From: Methanobacteriota archaeon
GTDB lineage: Archaea; Thermoplasmatota; Thermoplasmata; SG8-5; DAIRED01
Direction: 5' to 3'
DNA length: 64,000 nt
Assembly (NCBI GenBank): GCA_043799545.1
Contig: JAZDNO010000026.1
Location: 64,001 to 128,000 of the forward strand
This document shows positions 28,255-38,315 of this stretch, in pieces. The notes below the pieces were generated by a model that did no database searches, was not told where the DNA came from, and saw nothing but the letters and a program-made list of their open reading frames with translations. Within the stretch, counting starts at the first letter, position 1. Each line of letters starts with the position of its first letter. Both the position numbers and the translations under genes were made by a program.

Positions 28255-28309
28255 AACCTTTCAGATTCGTTCAGCAACCTTTTTCAACCCCCACCTCCTT
28301 CTTAGAGCG

Positions 28310-29095
28310 ATGAGGAGCCTTCTCTTCGAGATTGCGGACGCGGTCCAGAAAGCCGTACAATCCACCGACGGCGCGTTCGAAGACGTCGACGTCGCCATGG
28401 GCGCGGACGGCACCCCAACGACGCGCATAGACAAGATTGCCGAAGATGCTGTCCTGAAAGTACTGGCCAAGCATGGCAACCCCCTGAACGTGCTCAGCGA
28501 GGAATGCGATTTCCAAGACAACGGGCGCGAGATGACCCTCGTCCTGGACCCGATAGACGGGACCGTGAACGCGACCTCGGGATTCCCGTTCTACGCCGTG
28601 TCGCTCGCCGTCGGCTCGCGCGACCTGGACGGCGTGGCTTTCGCCCTCGTGAGGAACCTCGCCACGGGCGAGACTTTCTACGCTGGAAAAGGAATGGGCG
28701 CATTCAGAAACGGCGAGAGAATCAAGGTCCGCGGCTACGACCCAGAGAAGGGGATTTTTCTAGTTTACCTCGGCAACCATGCTGACAAAAGCGCATGCCG
28801 CATCGCGGGAGTTCCTCGCCGCACGCGCTCCTTCGGCTCTGCGGCTTTGGAAACGTGCATGGTGGCGTCGGGCTCTGCGGACATGTATGCCATCATCGCG
28901 GACCAGAGGATACGGGGATTGCGGGTCGTGGACATCGCCGCTGCGTCACTCATTCTGAGGGAGGCCGGTGGAGAGTTGTACGAGCCGAACGGAAAAAAAT
29001 TCACCATGGCCTACGACATCAAGGATCGGAAGAACGTGGTCGCGGTCGGAGACAGGAAGGCGCTGGAAGCAGCAGGCATGGGGGCGGCAATATGA
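28310..29095 (+). CDS. suhB: Inositol monophosphatase/FBPase-family phosphatase
   Basis: LSEE, DPIDGT, RSFGSAAL, DIAAA. Confidence 0.92.
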   Translation: MRSLLFEIADAVQKAVQSTDGAFEDVDVAMGADGTPTTRIDKIAEDAVLKVLAKHGNPLNVLSEECDFQDNGREMTLVLDPIDGTVNATSGFPFYAVSLAVGSRDLDGVAFALVRNLATGETFYAGKGMGAFRNGERIKVRGYDPEKGIFLVYLGNHADKSACRIAGVPRRTRSFGSAALETCMVASGSADMYAIIADQRIRGLRVVDIAAASLILREAGGELYEPNGKKFTMAYDIKDRKNVVAVGDRKALEAAGMGAAI

Positions 29096-29901
29096 AGGTC
29101 GGTGTTGTGGCCAATCCGGACCTGCAAAAATCAGCGGCGGTGGTCAAGCGCGTCATGAAGTTCTTCGCGGGGCGGAGGATTGAGCTGGAGATAGACGAGG
29201 CAATCGCCGCCAAGCTGGGCAAGAAGGGAGTCCCGCTTTCGGAGATGGAAAGCGCAGTGCTCGTCACGATAGGCGGTGACGGGACGGTCCTGAGGGCGCT
29301 GCAGCAGACCCGTGCAAGGGTCCTGAGCGTCAACGCGGGCGAGGTGGGCTTCCTCACGGAAATCAGCCCGACGGACATAGAGGAGAAGCTCGCCCAGTTC
29401 ATAGCCGGCAAGTACCAGATAGATTCGAGGATTCGCCTGAAGACCCTCCTGGGCAAGCGCAGGCTGCCGGATTCTCTCAACGAAGCCGTCGTCCACACGT
29501 CCCAGATATCGAAGATGCGCAGGTTCAAAGTGTGCGTGGACGGAAAGCTCAGCATGGACGTCAGGGCGGACGGCATCGTCGTGGCGACCCCAACTGGCTC
29601 GACCTGCTACGCGATGAGCGCAGGCGGTCCGATAGTCGACCCGGACGTGGACGCTTTCGTCATCGCGCCGCTGGCGCCGTTCAAGCCTTCGATGCGCCCG
29701 CTCGTCGTCCCTGCGACAAGCGTGCTGACGGTAGAGACTGGCCACAGGAAGGACTGCCTCCTCGTCCTCGACGGCCAGCAATACGAAGAGATAGGTGCGG
29801 GGAGCGTGCTGACGTTCAGCAGGTCCGAGCGCGACGCGGAGCTGATAAGGTTCAGCGACGATTTCTACAAGCGCATACATGAGAAGCTGGGGATGCTGTA
29901 G
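29092..29901 (+). CDS. nadK: NAD kinase
   Basis: GGDGTVL, LNE, DGIVVATPTGSTCYAMSAGGP; ATGA overlap. Confidence 0.95.
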   Translation: MKVGVVANPDLQKSAAVVKRVMKFFAGRRIELEIDEAIAAKLGKKGVPLSEMESAVLVTIGGDGTVLRALQQTRARVLSVNAGEVGFLTEISPTDIEEKLAQFIAGKYQIDSRIRLKTLLGKRRLPDSLNEAVVHTSQISKMRRFKVCVDGKLSMDVRADGIVVATPTGSTCYAMSAGGPIVDPDVDAFVIAPLAPFKPSMRPLVVPATSVLTVETGHRKDCLLVLDGQQYEEIGAGSVLTFSRSERDAELIRFSDDFYKRIHEKLGML

Positions 29902-30273
29902 ATGGAAAAAATCCATTCCATCAGGTTGAAGGTCCTGAGGATGATTCTGGCGGCCTCGCGCGACCAGTACCCGAACGAGTTCTCGGCCGCCCTTCGCGCC
30001 AAGGACGGCGTCGTCACCGAGCTTCTGCTCATGCCCGGAACGACGTCAGGCAGGAGGAGCGCCATACCCGGAATCCACAATCTGGCCATAGACTTCTCGG
30101 TGGCCGGGAGCGTCCACTCGCACCCTAGCGGATACCCCATCCCTTCGGATGCCGATTTGAATTTCTTCCAGAAGTTCGGCACTGTGCACATCATCGTGGC
30201 CAGGCCGTACGGGGAGAACGACTGGATGGCCTACGACATAAGGGGAAACCGTGTAAAACTGGAAGTGGTTTGA
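29902..30273 (+). CDS. JAMM/MPN+ (Mov34) metalloprotease domain protein
   Basis: NE...HSHPSGYPIPSDADL, intact JAMM motif. Confidence 0.9.
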   Translation: MEKIHSIRLKVLRMILAASRDQYPNEFSAALRAKDGVVTELLLMPGTTSGRRSAIPGIHNLAIDFSVAGSVHSHPSGYPIPSDADLNFFQKFGTVHIIVARPYGENDWMAYDIRGNRVKLEVV

Positions 30274-30322
30274 GCTTTTTTTCAATCGGCGATGCACTTC
30301 GCCTGACTGGAGCGTCGTTGTT

Positions 30323-30955
30323 TCAAAGGGCGTAGCTCTCGCCGGGCTGGAACGTCGATTTCAGGTAGTCCAGCAGCATCTGCCTGTTCTTTCTCAGGTG
30401 CGACTCGTACCAGGTCTTGACCAATCCTGCGAAGATGTCGTGGACCGCGTCCAGGTCGAACGAGTCCAGCGGCGAGTCGTACAGCACGTACTGGCCGAAG
30501 ATGCGCTTCCACCCCGAATACTTGTAGTAGTGCTCGCCCTCGCAATACTCGAACGTTATCCTTGCGTGGGTCACGCCCTCTTCGACGTAGTAGCGAGCCT
30601 TCAGCGTGTCTCCGATGCGGCCCTGCTCCTGCGTCCTGTCTGTGACGAGAATCTGGTTCAGCTCCCCGAAGTTGTAGTTGTCCTTCAACGCCCACTCGAA
30701 GGGATACCTCTCGAACTTTGCGAACTTCTCATGCGGCGGGTCTATGGCATAGTGTATCCCTATCTGCTCGAACCTGAGCAGCACCTTCCAGAAATCTGCA
30801 ACGAGGTTCTTATTGAGCTCGAACTTCTTCGTGTACTGCGCGTCCACGGTGCGTTCGATCTCGTTTGTCTTCTTGCTCAGCTCAGTCTCGAGCGCTTCGA
30901 ACCAATCGCCGGTTTTCTCGGCTTTCTTTGCGGCCTTCCTTCGAGCCATTGCCAT
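30323..30955 (-). CDS. Hypothetical protein
   Basis: Strong coding bias, RBS GGGGA; no recognised motif. Confidence 0.75.
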   Translation of the reverse strand: MAMARRKAAKKAEKTGDWFEALETELSKKTNEIERTVDAQYTKKFELNKNLVADFWKVLLRFEQIGIHYAIDPPHEKFAKFERYPFEWALKDNYNFGELNQILVTDRTQEQGRIGDTLKARYYVEEGVTHARITFEYCEGEHYYKYSGWKRIFGQYVLYDSPLDSFDLDAVHDIFAGLVKTWYESHLRKNRQMLLDYLKSTFQPGESYAL

Positions 30956-31143
30956 TCCCCAACGCAGGATATACTCCCTGCATATAAACGTTGTGCAAAT
31001 GACCCCGCGCGGCGGCAACGCCAGCAATCGTGGAGCCGTGCTGAGACGCAATTCTTCCGCACGTCGAAGATTTTATAAGGTACGTCGCTTTTTACACCTC
31101 GTAAACCATATATGGCTTGACTTGTGCGCGCGAAGGAGGGTAA

Positions 31144-33186
31144 ATGCCGATTTTTGGCGGGGGCAAGAAGGATGGCAAGAAGGAGAAAAAAAGCAAATCC
31201 GTGGGGCATATAGAGGAAATCCTCAACGACGCCGACAAGCTTCTCCAAAGCGGTGACATCGACAAGGCCGCCGCGGAATACCGCAGGGCGCACCGCACGC
31301 TTTACAAGGATGAGAACCTCAGCTCCGACCCGCTTGATTTTTCGAAGGTCTTCACGCGGACTGGCCACGGTCTTTTCGAGACCGAGGAAATAGACCGGTC
31401 GATCGAGTGCTTCGAGAAGGCCGCGCAGTTGGACCCGAAAAACGTCGACGCCTGGCTAAGCAAGGGGATAGCCCACCTGAAGACGAAGCAGATGCTCAAC
31501 TACGCGGTCCTGTGCTTCAACGAGGTCATCAAGCTCAAGCCCAACAGCGAGGAGGCCTGGGAGAACAAGGCGGAGACCCTGATTCTCGACGACAAGAAGA
31601 GCGAGGCCATAGAGTGCTACGAGAAGCTGGTGGAGCTCAACCCCCAGAAGGAGAAGTACCGCAAGAAGCTGGATGAGCTCTCTCCGATGACTTCGGAGGC
31701 TCTGGATGCGAAGCTCGCCGAGGAGCCCGACAGCGTGGAGCTGCTGACCAAGAAGGCAGGCCTGCTCCTCCGGGAACAGCGCAGCGCGGAAGCCGTGGAG
31801 GTGTACGTCAAGCTGCTCGAGCTGAATCCGAAGGACATCGGCTGGCCGAAGAAGATACTGGAGCTCCAGCCCGAGAATCTGACGGCCATCAACAGGCTGC
31901 TCGTCAACACCCCCAAGGACATTGACCTCCTGAAGATGAAGGCCTCCGCCCTCCTTTCAAAGAAACGCATGGCCGATGCCATCGAGACCTACGCAATCCT
32001 CGGTGAGCTGGAACCCACGAACTCTGAGCACTTCTACAAGATGCTGGAGCTCAACCCCCACAACATCGTGGCCATGGAGAAGGTCATAGCGCTCGAACCT
32101 GACAACCTCGGCCTGCACGAGAGGCGCGCGGTCGGGCTGCTCGAACAGGGAAGGAAGAACGACGCCATAGAGGAATACGAGAAGCTTGTCAATGCCGCCC
32201 CCGACAACCAGAAGTACGCCGAGGAATTGAAGAAGCTGAAACCCAGCGAGAAGGACGTCCTTGAGAAGCGCGGAATCGAGATGATGGCGATGGGGGAGAA
32301 GGCGCAGGCGCTGGAAATCTACGAAAAGCTGCTTTCCATGGAACCGGGAAACCCGAAATTCGAGGAGATGATTCGGAAGCTGAAGCCCGCGCCCAAACCC
32401 GAGCCTAAGCCAGAACCCAAGGCCGAGCCTAAACTTGAGCCAAAGGTCGAGCCCGCAAAGCCCGTTGCAATCGCCGAGCCCACCGTAACGCCGAAGCCGG
32501 AAGCGAAACTCGACGAGATGGCTGCCGTGGACGCGGCTCTGAAGAAGAACCCCAAGGACACCGCCGCGATACTCAAGAAGGCGCAGCTCCACGAGAAGCG
32601 CGGCGAGAAGGAGATGGCGGCCAGGAACTACCAGCGGCTCCTCGCGCTCGAGCCCGAGAACCTCGATTACATCGACATGGTCCTCAAGTTCAAACCGGAC
32701 GACGTTAACCTACTCACTGCCAAGGGCGACAAGGCGTACGAGAAGGAGGACTTCAAGCGCGCCCTGGAGGCGTTCGACAGGCTGTCCGTCCTCCAGCCGA
32801 CCGACGAGAACAACTGGCACAACAAAGGCGCCGTCCTGTACAACATGGACGACTACGCCGAGGCCGTTAAGTGCTTCGACAAGGTGCTGGAGATGAACCA
32901 GGACGACACGGTCGCCTGGCTCACCAAGGGCGTGTGCCAATACAAGATGGGCAAGTGGGAGGATTCCATCGCCAGCCTCAACAACGTCGTGAAGAGGGAC
33001 ATGAACGAGGCCGCCGCGTGGTTCTACAAGTCCGCCGCCGAGGCGAGGCGCGGCAACATGAAGCCTGTCGTGGCGTTCCTGAAAAGGGCCATAGACCTGG
33101 ACGCGAGCTACAAGGAGACCGCCGCGGGGGACGAGGCCTTCGCCGCCGTGAAGAGCGACCCATCGTTCCAGAGCCTGGTGAAATGA
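31144..33186 (+). CDS. TPR-repeat protein (680 aa) with Pro/Glu/Lys linker
   Basis: Repeated A..CFEKA..LDP, LLELNP, AW..KG motifs. Confidence 0.9.
   Translation: MPIFGGGKKDGKKEKKSKSVGHIEEILNDADKLLQSGDIDKAAAEYRRAHRTLYKDENLSSDPLDFSKVFTRTGHGLFETEEIDRSIECFEKAAQLDPKNVDAWLSKGIAHLKTKQMLNYAVLCFNEVIKLKPNSEEAWENKAETLILDDKKSEAIECYEKLVELNPQKEKYRKKLDELSPMTSEALDAKLAEEPDSVELLTKKAGLLLREQRSAEAVEVYVKLLELNPKDIGWPKKILELQPENLTAINRLLVNTPKDIDLLKMKASALLSKKRMADAIETYAILGELEPTNSEHFYKMLELNPHNIVAMEKVIALEPDNLGLHERRAVGLLEQGRKNDAIEEYEKLVNAAPDNQKYAEELKKLKPSEKDVLEKRGIEMMAMGEKAQALEIYEKLLSMEPGNPKFEEMIRKLKPAPKPEPKPEPKAEPKLEPKVEPAKPVAIAEPTVTPKPEAKLDEMAAVDAALKKNPKDTAAILKKAQLHEKRGEKEMAARNYQRLLALEPENLDYIDMVLKFKPDDVNLLTAKGDKAYEKEDFKRALEAFDRLSVLQPTDENNWHNKGAVLYNMDDYAEAVKCFDKVLEMNQDDTVAWLTKGVCQYKMGKWEDSIASLNNVVKRDMNEAAAWFYKSAAEARRGNMKPVVAFLKRAIDLDASYKETAAGDEAFAAVKSDPSFQSLVK
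32383..32463 (+). repeat. (E/A)PKP-type 12-bp/4-aa degenerate tandem repeat
   Basis: KPAPKPEPKPEPKAEPKLEPKVEPAKP within the TPR gene. Confidence 0.8.
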
Positions 33187-33194
33187 GGTGCTGA

Positions 33195-34154
33195 ATGGAC
33201 GACGTGTGGGTTGAGAAATATAGGCCGCGGGTGCTCACGGACGTCGTGGGCCAGGGCGACATCGTCGACAGGCTCAGGGCGTACGTCGCGAGCGGCAACC
33301 TCCCCCACATCCTGTTCGCCGGCGCCCCCGGAACAGGAAAGACCACCTGCGCCATAGCCCTCGCCAAGGAACTCTTCGGGGATGTCTGGAAGAACAACTT
33401 CCACGAGCTGAACGCCTCGGACGAGCGCGGGATAGACATCGTCCGCGGCAAAATCAAGGACTTTGCCAGGACCGCGCCTTTCGGCGACGCCCCGTTCAAG
33501 ATAATCTTCCTCGACGAGGCCGACGCTCTGACGAACGACGCCCAGGCCGCGCTGCGGCGCACCATGGAGCGTTACACGTCCACCTGCCGGTTCGTGCTTT
33601 CCTGCAACTACTCGTCCAAGATAATCGAGCCCATCCAGTCCAGGTGCAGCGTCTTCAGGTTCAGGCGGCTGACGGACGAGGCGGTGCGCGGGTACCTCGG
33701 GCGCATAGCGCAGGCCGAGGGGCTCACGGTCGAGCCGGGCGCGATGGACGCGATAATCCATTTCGCCGAAGGGGACATGCGCAGGGCCACGAACGCGCTC
33801 CAAGTGGCGGCAGCGTCGACGAAGAAGATAGACCAGGAGCAAATCTACACGGCCACGGCGACGGCCCGCCCCGGAGAGATACGCGAGCTGCTGGAAATCG
33901 CCGTTTCGGGTTCGTTCGGGGACGCCCGGAAGCGCCTGGACGGCCTGCTGGTCAGCTACGGGCTGTCCGGCGAGGACCTCATCCGGCAGATGCACAGGGA
34001 GCTGGTCGAGTCGACGATAGACGACTCGCTCAAGGTCCAGATAGCGGACAGGATGGGCGAGACGGAGTTCAGGCTCGTCGGCGGGGCGAGCGAGAGGATA
34101 CAGATATTGGCGCTGCTGGCGTACATGGCCAGCCTAGGGAAGAAGAAAGCCTGA
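33195..34154 (+). CDS. rfcS: Replication factor C small subunit
   Basis: WVEKYRP, GAPGTGKTT, ELNASDERG, DEAD, SRC. Confidence 0.97.
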   Translation: MDDVWVEKYRPRVLTDVVGQGDIVDRLRAYVASGNLPHILFAGAPGTGKTTCAIALAKELFGDVWKNNFHELNASDERGIDIVRGKIKDFARTAPFGDAPFKIIFLDEADALTNDAQAALRRTMERYTSTCRFVLSCNYSSKIIEPIQSRCSVFRFRRLTDEAVRGYLGRIAQAEGLTVEPGAMDAIIHFAEGDMRRATNALQVAAASTKKIDQEQIYTATATARPGEIRELLEIAVSGSFGDARKRLDGLLVSYGLSGEDLIRQMHRELVESTIDDSLKVQIADRMGETEFRLVGGASERIQILALLAYMASLGKKKA

Positions 34155-34176
34155 ATCTATTTTTCTCCAAACCATC

Positions 34177-34692
34177 TCAGTAGTTGAATCTCCACCGTTC
34201 CAGCACCGGAGTCTGGTTGATGGTCGGGTTCTCCGCAATCTCCTCTTCGAACTCCTCCTTCTCGTGCTTCAGGAGCTCGTAGTGGCCCTTCTCCATCAGC
34301 GCCAGGCGCTTGTAGAACTTCTTGTTCTCCTTCTGGTGGTGGGCTAAAAACTTGTAGACCTTCTGCGCGTTGTGCTCGTTCTGCATTCCGATCGTCAGCG
34401 CCTCTATCATGTTCTGGACTGTCTCGATGTGTATCGTGCTCTCGAAGGGGGGCAGGCCCTCGGGAACCTTGTAATTCTCATCCCCGAAGCTCTTCTTGTA
34501 GAGGCACAGCAGAGCCTTCTTGTGGACGTCCTCGTCGTTGGCCATCTGCTCGAACCTGTGGGAGACCATCTCGTTGATGTTCTCGTCCTTGACGAGGTGG
34601 CGGTAGAACTTCGCCGAGGCCTCCTCGGAGGCGATGGCGTAACCGAGGATGTCCTGCACGGGCATGGTCTTCAACTTCTCGTAGACGTACAT
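34177..34692 (-). CDS. Rubrerythrin/ferritin-like protein
   Basis: AIASEE...FY...EDVH and EHNAQKVY...EKGH duplicated ExxH motifs. Confidence 0.85.
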   Translation of the reverse strand: MYVYEKLKTMPVQDILGYAIASEEASAKFYRHLVKDENINEMVSHRFEQMANDEDVHKKALLCLYKKSFGDENYKVPEGLPPFESTIHIETVQNMIEALTIGMQNEHNAQKVYKFLAHHQKENKKFYKRLALMEKGHYELLKHEKEEFEEEIAENPTINQTPVLERWRFNY

Positions 34693-34804
34693 GAAGTTGG
34701 GGATTGGTTGTACATATATAAATTTTCTCAGAGCGCCTCGGATGCGCCGCCCGCAGCATCTCCCCCAATGCCAAAGCGGGAACTCCCGCGCTACGCTGGA
34801 TTCC

Positions 34805-35785
34805 TCATAGCCCGTCCGCGCCCAACTTCTTCATCTTCTTGACGTTGTAGTAGTTGACGTCCTCGGGGTTCTTGATGCGCCCGTCCCTGAATGCCCCCGC
34901 GACCTCGCGTATCGCGTCGCGTATCGTCTTCCTGGGCTCGTATCCCAGCACACGCTTGATCTTCTCGGAGGAAATGTGGTACGAGCGCGGGTCGTTCGTG
35001 GGCTCGGTGGCGATGGCCACGTCCTCCCCGACCTCGGCCCTCACCATCTCGGCAATCTCCATGACCGTGTGGTTCTCGTAGCCCGCGTTGAATGCCTGGC
35101 CTCCCAGCTTGGATGCGGGGGCTTTGAGAAGCCTTTCGTAGTAGTCGCATATGTCCCAGATGTGGATGTTCGGGCGCTTCTGCGCTCCTCCGAAGACGCG
35201 GATGCGCCTGTTCAGGAGCGCGTGCATCGTAAGTATGTTCACGGTGAGGTCCAGCCGCATGCGGGGCGACCAGCCGCAAACGGTCGCTGGCCGTATGCTG
35301 AAAGCGCAGAATTCCGGCGAGTTCTCCGCATGCACCGCTCTCTCCGCCTCGGCCTTGGTCTTGGAGTAAACCGTGAGCGGCTCCAAGGGCAAATCCTCGG
35401 TGACGTTCGGCGCCTCCTTCACTCCGTACACGCTAGAAGTGCTCACGTTCACGAACCTTTCCACGCCCGCCTTCTTTGCCGCCTTTACAAGCCTGACCAC
35501 CGCGTCGTAGTTCACCTGCCGGGTCAGCTCCGGGTTGAGGTCCGATGAAGGGTCGTTCGATATCGATGCCAGGTGAAGGACGGCCTCTTGCCCCTGCAGA
35601 AGCCCGCCCATGTCGTTGCGGATGTCGTCTTTCACAATGCGGGCCTCCTTCTTAACTTTGGCCAGTCCGGCGTCGCCGAAGTACATCGTATCGACGACGG
35701 TGACCTCGTGCCCCCTTTCGACCAGCATCTCGCACAGCACGCAGCCTACGTATCCCGCCCCGCCAGTCACCAAGACCTTTGTCAT
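34805..35785 (-). CDS. NAD-dependent epimerase/dehydratase (extended SDR)
   Basis: GGAGYVG, YSKTK. Confidence 0.92.
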   Translation of the reverse strand: MTKVLVTGGAGYVGCVLCEMLVERGHEVTVVDTMYFGDAGLAKVKKEARIVKDDIRNDMGGLLQGQEAVLHLASISNDPSSDLNPELTRQVNYDAVVRLVKAAKKAGVERFVNVSTSSVYGVKEAPNVTEDLPLEPLTVYSKTKAEAERAVHAENSPEFCAFSIRPATVCGWSPRMRLDLTVNILTMHALLNRRIRVFGGAQKRPNIHIWDICDYYERLLKAPASKLGGQAFNAGYENHTVMEIAEMVRAEVGEDVAIATEPTNDPRSYHISSEKIKRVLGYEPRKTIRDAIREVAGAFRDGRIKNPEDVNYYNVKKMKKLGADGL

Positions 35786-35857
35786 TTCAGACGCCTCCCG
35801 GACTTTCTGCCTGTGCCTGAGGGATAACACAGCATGGATAAAAAACCGCTGCGCGCC

Positions 35858-36580
35858 TCAGCTGCGGGCGACGACGTAGATTTCTCCGCAGAACTCGGGC
35901 GGGATATTCCGGCTCAGCCTGTTCAGTCCGTCCAGGATTTCATCGCTCCAATCCAGCATCTGGACGTTGCTGAGCGGCTTCAGCATGATGCCTCCCCCCT
36001 CCAAGACTTTAAAACCGCTTCTTGCGACGGTGGCCCTCAGGGTTTTTATCGAGAAATACCTTCTGTGGCCCACGTCCAAATCGTTTTTCGACAACTCGCC
36101 CAAGTCGCCAATCATCCCCATCTCGACTCCCAGCCTTCTGTGGAACGACTCCTTGTTCGGCACGGTAACGATTATCTTGCCGCCCTCGGTCAGCCAGTTC
36201 TTTCTGATGTGGCGTAGCAGCGTCGTCGGCGACTTGACGTGTTCCAGGATGTGGCCGGCGATGACCATGTCGTACCTCCCATCCGGGAAGAAGTCCTCGA
36301 ACATGGCGCAGTGGAACGTCGCCTTTGTGCAATTCCTTCTCGCTCTTGAAATAAGTTCTTCGGACCCGTCAATGGCATGGATGCCCCTGAAGTGGGCGGT
36401 CATCGCTTGGGTCAGGACGCCGTCCGCGCAGCCCACGTCGAGAATTCTCTTGGCTTTGTATTTTTTGCATAGTTCGATTATCTTACCGATCCTGTATTTG
36501 TTTATCTTGAAATCCTTACCCTGCTCGAGCGTGAACCCCTTGGAAACCCTCTCCAGCCGGATTTTCTCGGACATGTGCAT
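35858..36580 (-). CDS. Class I SAM-dependent methyltransferase
   Basis: ILDVGCADG, HILEHV, IVTVPN. Confidence 0.9.
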   Translation of the reverse strand: MHMSEKIRLERVSKGFTLEQGKDFKINKYRIGKIIELCKKYKAKRILDVGCADGVLTQAMTAHFRGIHAIDGSEELISRARRNCTKATFHCAMFEDFFPDGRYDMVIAGHILEHVKSPTTLLRHIRKNWLTEGGKIIVTVPNKESFHRRLGVEMGMIGDLGELSKNDLDVGHRRYFSIKTLRATVARSGFKVLEGGGIMLKPLSNVQMLDWSDEILDGLNRLSRNIPPEFCGEIYVVARS

Positions 36581-36598
36581 TATTGTCCTCCCCCTTCG

Positions 36599-37267
36599 CT
36601 AACCAACGCCCATATGGCTTTTGCGAGCGCCGCCAATCGTTATCTCGCCCCAGATTGCGGGCGGGTAGCAATCCACATCTCTTATCTCAACCGCCATCGT
36701 GGTCGTGTCCATCAAAGCAAACGTCGCCTTTTTGTTTGCGCCTCTCGGCTGCCCAACTGAGCCGGGATTTATAATCGTTTTGCCCGAGTCGTTATTCAGG
36801 AGCGGGTAGTGCGTATGCCCCATGATGACGATTTCCTCCTTGATGTTTTGAAAATCTGGAAACCGTTTCGAGTCCGGGTAGATGTACTCCTCCAACGGGT
36901 CCCACGGGCTGCCATGGCAGATGAGAGCCTTCCGCCCCCCGAGGGATGTTGACAGGGTCGGTGAGAGCCCGCGCAGGAAACGCATGTTCTCAGGCGAGAT
37001 TTTCCCGCGGCTGTATTCGGCGGACTTCTTTATCTTCTCGTCCTTCCCCGATGGCGCGCCGCGGAGGAGGTAGCTGTCGTGGTTCCCCAAAACGCTCAAC
37101 GAATCGACATGCAAGCCCCTGAATCGGTCCATCGCCTCGTTGACTTCGGTGTGAAAGCCTGTGAAATCTCCGCAATTGACAACCATATCCACCTCTCCCA
37201 TCATCTTCAGGACCGACGCGAGGCCGATTGCGTTGGCGTGGATGTCCGAGATTATCCCCACCTTCAT
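36599..37267 (-). CDS. Calcineurin-like metallophosphoesterase
   Basis: SDIHAN, GD, GNHD, GHTH, NPGSVG; TAATG coupling to the ATP-grasp gene. Confidence 0.92.
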   Translation of the reverse strand: MKVGIISDIHANAIGLASVLKMMGEVDMVVNCGDFTGFHTEVNEAMDRFRGLHVDSLSVLGNHDSYLLRGAPSGKDEKIKKSAEYSRGKISPENMRFLRGLSPTLSTSLGGRKALICHGSPWDPLEEYIYPDSKRFPDFQNIKEEIVIMGHTHYPLLNNDSGKTIINPGSVGQPRGANKKATFALMDTTTMAVEIRDVDCYPPAIWGEITIGGARKSHMGVG

Positions 37268-38313
37268 TAAAAACCCTCGAACAGTCTTGAACGGGGGCTA
37301 TCCAGATGCCCATCCTGCCTCATCCGCTCGTAATCCTTTATAGAGACAAGGACCTCGTTCATGTACCTCATCGAAACTCCCGTTCTCCATTTCAGAGAGG
37401 AAGAAATGTCTGGCTCACCCAGGACGAAATGCCGCACCGCAGCCTCGGGGGCGTTGTATCCCATCTGCGCCCTCATCCCGTCGGAGCAAGAGAATCTGGG
37501 GTTAATCTCGAATATGACCGGGCCGCGAGATGTCAGCCTGAACTGGAAGTTGATGGGCCCTTTAGCCTTCAGCGCGAAGGCGACCTTGCGGAGGTCCTTG
37601 TTGATTTCCTTGTAATCGTCCACGATGCCCCTGTACGTGCCTCCGGCCACGAGCTCCCTCTTCATCGCGATGGTCCCTTGGCACTTGGATTTGGAGTCGA
37701 AGAACAGGCCGGCGGTGTACTCCTCGTCGTCGGGCTCCAGATACTCCTGCAGCACCGAGGGCTTCTTCGGGTTGTGGAGCCGCTTGAGCATCTCCCGGCT
37801 ATCAATCTTGAAAACCCCCTTGGCGGCGCAGCCCTCGTTTGGCTTGAGTATCAGGGGAAAACCGCACTTGTCGATGAGGCGCCCGACATCTTCGCTGTCG
37901 CCGGCGTCTGCTGTTTCCGGATACCGGAATCCACCGTCCTTGAGAAATCTGTACGTCAGATACTTGTCCGCGCACATGTCCACAATCTTCGAATCGCTCG
38001 TCAGTACGACAGCATCCGTGCCATTTTCTATCAGCTTTTTGTTTTTCGCGATGACAGGGACCTCTGGCGTGGAGGCCACCATGACGATTTGCACCTTTTC
38101 TTTGTTGCAGATGTCTATCAACCTAGGTATATATTCCTTGGTGTTGGCGAACGGCATGATGTATGCCGCGTCAGCCCTGTACAACCCGGCAGACATCGGC
38201 TCCGCATCCAGGCCGACGATTCTGCAGGGCACTTTCGAAATCCGAAGGCCCTTCATCACGCTTTGGCCGGGGGTTCCACCAACACCGGTCACCAACGCCG
38301 TTACCTTTTTCAT
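37267..38313 (-). CDS. ATP-grasp ligase (CarB-like single domain)
   Basis: DKY, PLILKP, LQEYL, EINPRF. Confidence 0.88.
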   Translation of the reverse strand: MKKVTALVTGVGGTPGQSVMKGLRISKVPCRIVGLDAEPMSAGLYRADAAYIMPFANTKEYIPRLIDICNKEKVQIVMVASTPEVPVIAKNKKLIENGTDAVVLTSDSKIVDMCADKYLTYRFLKDGGFRYPETADAGDSEDVGRLIDKCGFPLILKPNEGCAAKGVFKIDSREMLKRLHNPKKPSVLQEYLEPDDEEYTAGLFFDSKSKCQGTIAMKRELVAGGTYRGIVDDYKEINKDLRKVAFALKAKGPINFQFRLTSRGPVIFEINPRFSCSDGMRAQMGYNAPEAAVRHFVLGEPDISSSLKWRTGVSMRYMNEVLVSIKDYERMRQDGHLDSPRSRLFEGF

Positions 38314-38315
38314 GG

